Positions 61,536 through 64,000 of a stretch of 64,000 nt of DNA are shown one piece after another. Origin of the DNA: an uncultured Gemmatimonadales bacterium (GTDB lineage Bacteria; Gemmatimonadota; Gemmatimonadetes; Longimicrobiales; RSA9). Made by a program: the position numbers and the translations under genes. The number at the start of each line of letters is the position of its first letter. The stretch's first letter is position 1. The stretch covers positions 480,001 through 544,000 of the forward strand of contig CAWCUS010000002.1 of NCBI GenBank assembly GCA_963798845.1. Reading direction: 5' to 3'. The notes below the pieces were generated by a model. It was not told the origin of the DNA. It searched no databases and saw only the letters and a program-made list of their open reading frames with translations.

Positions 61536-62375
61536 TCAGGTTGTCGTAGCCTCCAGACGGGCACGTCGCCGTGGTTTGGGTGAAGGCTCTTCCTCCAGGT
61601 CGGGGGTGTGGAGCGCCTGCCAGACCTCGGAGTGCCGACGAAGGCGATAGCTGTTGCCCCGGATGTTGACAATGTGGCAATGGTGAAGCAGCCGGTCGAT
61701 CAGCGCCGCGGCCATGACTTCATCGCCGAAGATGGCGCCCCATTCTTCAAAGCTCTTGTTCGAGGTCAGGACCGTCGACGCCCGCTCATAGCGCCGGTTC
61801 ACGAGCTGGAAGAAGAGCATGGCTCCGGTGTGGCTGACCGGGAGGTAGCCGATCTCGTCCACCACCAGGAGCGAGGGGTGGCTCAGGACGCTCATCCGTT
61901 GCTTGAGCATGCCCGCCGCTTTGGCTTCCTCGAGAGACGAGATCAGATCTGCCAGGGTCCCGTAGTAGACGCGACGCCCGTGCTCGGCGGCGGCGATGGC
62001 GAGGCTGATGGCCAGGTGCGTTTTCCCGACTCCAGGAGGGCCGAGGAAGATCACGTTCTCCTTTCGCTCAATGAAGCCGAGTTCGTGGAGGCTCTCAATC
62101 TGCTCTCGCTTGATCGAGGGCTGGAATGAGAAATCGAAATCGGTGAGCAGCTTCACCGCCGGAAGCCGGCTCGAGCGCATGGCGGCCTGCAGACGTCGGT
62201 TGTTGCGGAGTTGGATCTGAGCTCCGAGGAGCTGCTCGATAGCCTCGCTTGGCGTGACCTCGCCACCATCGACGGCGGAAAGAATGGAGTCCAGGGCCTC
62301 CAGGGCCCCCGGCATCTTCAGGTCGGCCAGCATGGACCGGATGTGATCACGACGGGACACCTTGGCCCCTCTCAT
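61536..62375 (-). CDS. istB: IS21 helper ATPase
   Basis: DFDFSFQPSI, GPPGVGKTHLA, VVDEIGY, LIDRLLHH, GNSYR. Confidence 0.93.
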   Translation of the reverse strand: MRGAKVSRRDHIRSMLADLKMPGALEALDSILSAVDGGEVTPSEAIEQLLGAQIQLRNNRRLQAAMRSSRLPAVKLLTDFDFSFQPSIKREQIESLHELGFIERKENVIFLGPPGVGKTHLAISLAIAAAEHGRRVYYGTLADLISSLEEAKAAGMLKQRMSVLSHPSLLVVDEIGYLPVSHTGAMLFFQLVNRRYERASTVLTSNKSFEEWGAIFGDEVMAAALIDRLLHHCHIVNIRGNSYRLRRHSEVWQALHTPDLEEEPSPKPRRRARLEATTT

Positions 62376-63406
62376 TGGCCACCTGCCGCGATGCGGGCGT
62401 AGGTGGAGAGCGAGCGGCGCTGCACCGCAATCGCGGGGAGGAGCGACCGATCTCTCACCTCCTGCTTGCGCTCCATGGGGATGACCAGCGAGCGGTAGGA
62501 CCGCTCGGCCAGCGGAAGGAGGTGCTCCCGCTCCCTCTCGAAGCGCGCCACCGGCTGTTCCTTTGTGGTGCCGTGGATCCGGACGTTCGCCGTTTTCTCC
62601 AGCCACTGCTCGAGGCGAGCGTCCAGATCCTCGTCCCCGACAAACTCGCGGCCGTAGACGAAATTGCGGCGCACGTAGCTCACCGGCCGCTCGACCTTGC
62701 CTTTCGTCCGGGCTCGATAGGCTCTACAGGCGCGGATGTCGAAGCCCCAGTGAGCAGCGAAGCGCAGAAACTCCTCGTTCTTCAGGAGCTCACCTCCTTC
62801 CAGCCGCCGATCGTCCAGGATCACGTTCTTGAGCTGGTCGAAGAGGAGGTGCTGCGGTACTCCACCGAAGAAGCGGAAGGCCGCTTCCAGCCCCTCGTAC
62901 AGCGCCCCCGTGGTCTTCCGCGGGAAGTAGCGCACCCAGAGGAGTCTGGAGAAGCCGAGCACGACCAGAAGCGCATACCGCTTGCCCCACGGAAATCTGA
63001 AGTCCGCGAAGTCCACCTGAGCCTGCCGGCCCGGCGGAGTCTCGAAGCGGATCACCGGCTCCTCCGGCAATCGAGGGCGGACCTGCCTCACGTACACCTT
63101 CACCTGCGTGTAGCCCCCGTCGTAGCCGGCGGCCTTCACCTCCTCGAAGAGCCGCACGGCCGAGAGTTCCGGATACTCCTTCAGCCGCTGTCCGATGATC
63201 GCCTTGTACGGCTCGAGCTTCCACGGCACCGCAGGCCGCGGCCCGTACCGCACCGGGTCCTGATCCAGATCCCGGTCCAACTGGCCCCTCCGGATCCACC
63301 GATAGATCGTGGTCCGATCGACGCCGAGCATCTCGGCAATGGCCGCCTTCGGCAGCCCCTGCTCGAGGTAGTGTCGCAACAGCACACGCTGCTCCCTTCC
63401 ATGCAT
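62372..63406 (-). CDS. istA: IS21 transposase
   Basis: HTH, RFETPPGRQAQVDF, LFDQLK, TKGKVERP. Confidence 0.93.
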   Translation of the reverse strand: MHGREQRVLLRHYLEQGLPKAAIAEMLGVDRTTIYRWIRRGQLDRDLDQDPVRYGPRPAVPWKLEPYKAIIGQRLKEYPELSAVRLFEEVKAAGYDGGYTQVKVYVRQVRPRLPEEPVIRFETPPGRQAQVDFADFRFPWGKRYALLVVLGFSRLLWVRYFPRKTTGALYEGLEAAFRFFGGVPQHLLFDQLKNVILDDRRLEGGELLKNEEFLRFAAHWGFDIRACRAYRARTKGKVERPVSYVRRNFVYGREFVGDEDLDARLEQWLEKTANVRIHGTTKEQPVARFEREREHLLPLAERSYRSLVIPMERKQEVRDRSLLPAIAVQRRSLSTYARIAAGGQ

Positions 63407-63560
63407 GGCGCCTCCACGGTGGGCGTGAAGACGCCAAGGTGGGATCGGAGCCGCACCTCCTGCGAGAGCTTCAGCGCGGCTCAGGGACGATCAGCGAGTG
63501 TCGCATTTTCGCCCGCCACATTCTGTGGAATTTTCGGCCGCCGCTAACACAGAACACGGC

Positions 63561-63711
63561 GGTTAACAAACGGTTGGCGCCTGCGCGGCCTGCGGCCGCT
63601 CCGGAGAACCCGCCGCGACCGTGTTGAAGCTGGTGAGGCTGCCGCTGTTTCGAAGGTGATCGCGTGCTAGAGGTATCGGCGCGGCGGGTCGCCAACCTGG
63701 AGACGTTAGCC
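63561..63711 (+). repeat. attC-like site 11
   Basis: GGTTAAC...GGTTGGCG/CGCCAACC...GTTAGCC, 151 bp. Confidence 0.9.
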
Positions 63712-63740
63712 GCCATTGGGCCCGGAGAGGAAGGAACACG

Positions 63741-64000
63741 GTGCTACCGCAAGACACAGCGCAGGTAACAGCGCCATTGTCATGGATGGATTGGGCAGGG
63801 GGCGTTGAGAGCGTGCTGACCAGTTTGGCGATCGTGATCGGAGCAGTATGGACCTACTTCAAGTTCTTCCGTGGCCGCACCTTTCATGAGCGCCTTGGAG
63901 CCAGCGTGTCCGCATCTCGCAGAGACGCTGTGGGAATGCAATTCCTTGACGCCAGGGTGACGGTAGCCAATGTAGGGTTGTCGAAGGTTCCCCTCGTGCA
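63741..64000 (+). CDS. Cassette 12: hypothetical membrane-anchored protein, 3'-partial
   Basis: Purine-rich RBS then GTG; MLPQDTAQ...LAIVIGAVWTYFKFFRGR..., open to the window end. Confidence 0.65.
   Translation, partial: MLPQDTAQVTAPLSWMDWAGGVESVLTSLAIVIGAVWTYFKFFRGRTFHERLGASVSASRRDAVGMQFLDARVTVANVGLSKVPLV

Larger units (their letters stand above)
61467..63549 (-). mobile_element. IS21-family insertion sequence #2 (2083 bp)
   Basis: IRs TGTCAATGCCGGACGAAAA / TGTTAGCGGCGGCCGAAAA; 5-bp target duplication CAGAA (61462-61466, 63550-63554). Confidence 0.93.
50704..64000 (+). mobile_element. Integron-like platform: integrase, attI-like site and at least 12 cassettes, continuing beyond the window
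   Basis: Eleven RYYYAAC...GTTRRRY-type sites separating short, mostly lower-GC modules; each module's ends are mutually complementary. Confidence 0.92.

Noticed and set aside
63538..63549. CCGCTAACA as an additional attC R'' box
   Set aside because: It is the IS21 terminal inverted repeat, bounded by the CAGAA duplication
52188..63711. Recurrent repeats read as a CRISPR array
   Set aside because: Repeats are about 150 bp with gene-sized, variable intervals, there are no cas genes, and the R-box complementarity fits cassettes

Overview
High-GC bacterial chromosome segment. The gene set suggests Gemmatimonadota (inference only). Positions 1-50.6 kb are mostly housekeeping genes: signalling proteins, hydrolases, a fused 2-oxoacid dehydrogenase E1, a coaE-PHP fusion, nrnA, fur, pdaD-speB, nudC, a peptidoglycan-recycling cluster (murQ-anmK-nagZ plus SSS transporter and amidase), class II RNR nrdJ with tandem NrdR boxes, and a SLATT-domain operon. 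From 50.7 kb to the window end lies the most interesting part, a non-canonical integron-like system. Its tyrosine recombinase lacks the IntI-specific I2 insertion, carries an N-terminal HARP-like domain, and is co-oriented with the array. An attI-like site follows, then at least 12 cassettes separated by eleven attC-like sites of about 150 bp (one truncated). These sites fold into a covarying three-way junction rather than a simple hairpin with extrahelical bases. Cargo: two toxin-antitoxin pairs, a PD-(D/E)xK nuclease, an HNH nuclease split by an IS21, a DUF3800-like protein, small membrane or lipoproteins, and four related gene-less structured cassettes. Two IS21 elements with 5-bp target duplications sit in the array. 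Several single-base frameshifts suggest long-read assembly errors. All calls were made by eye; no database searches were run.
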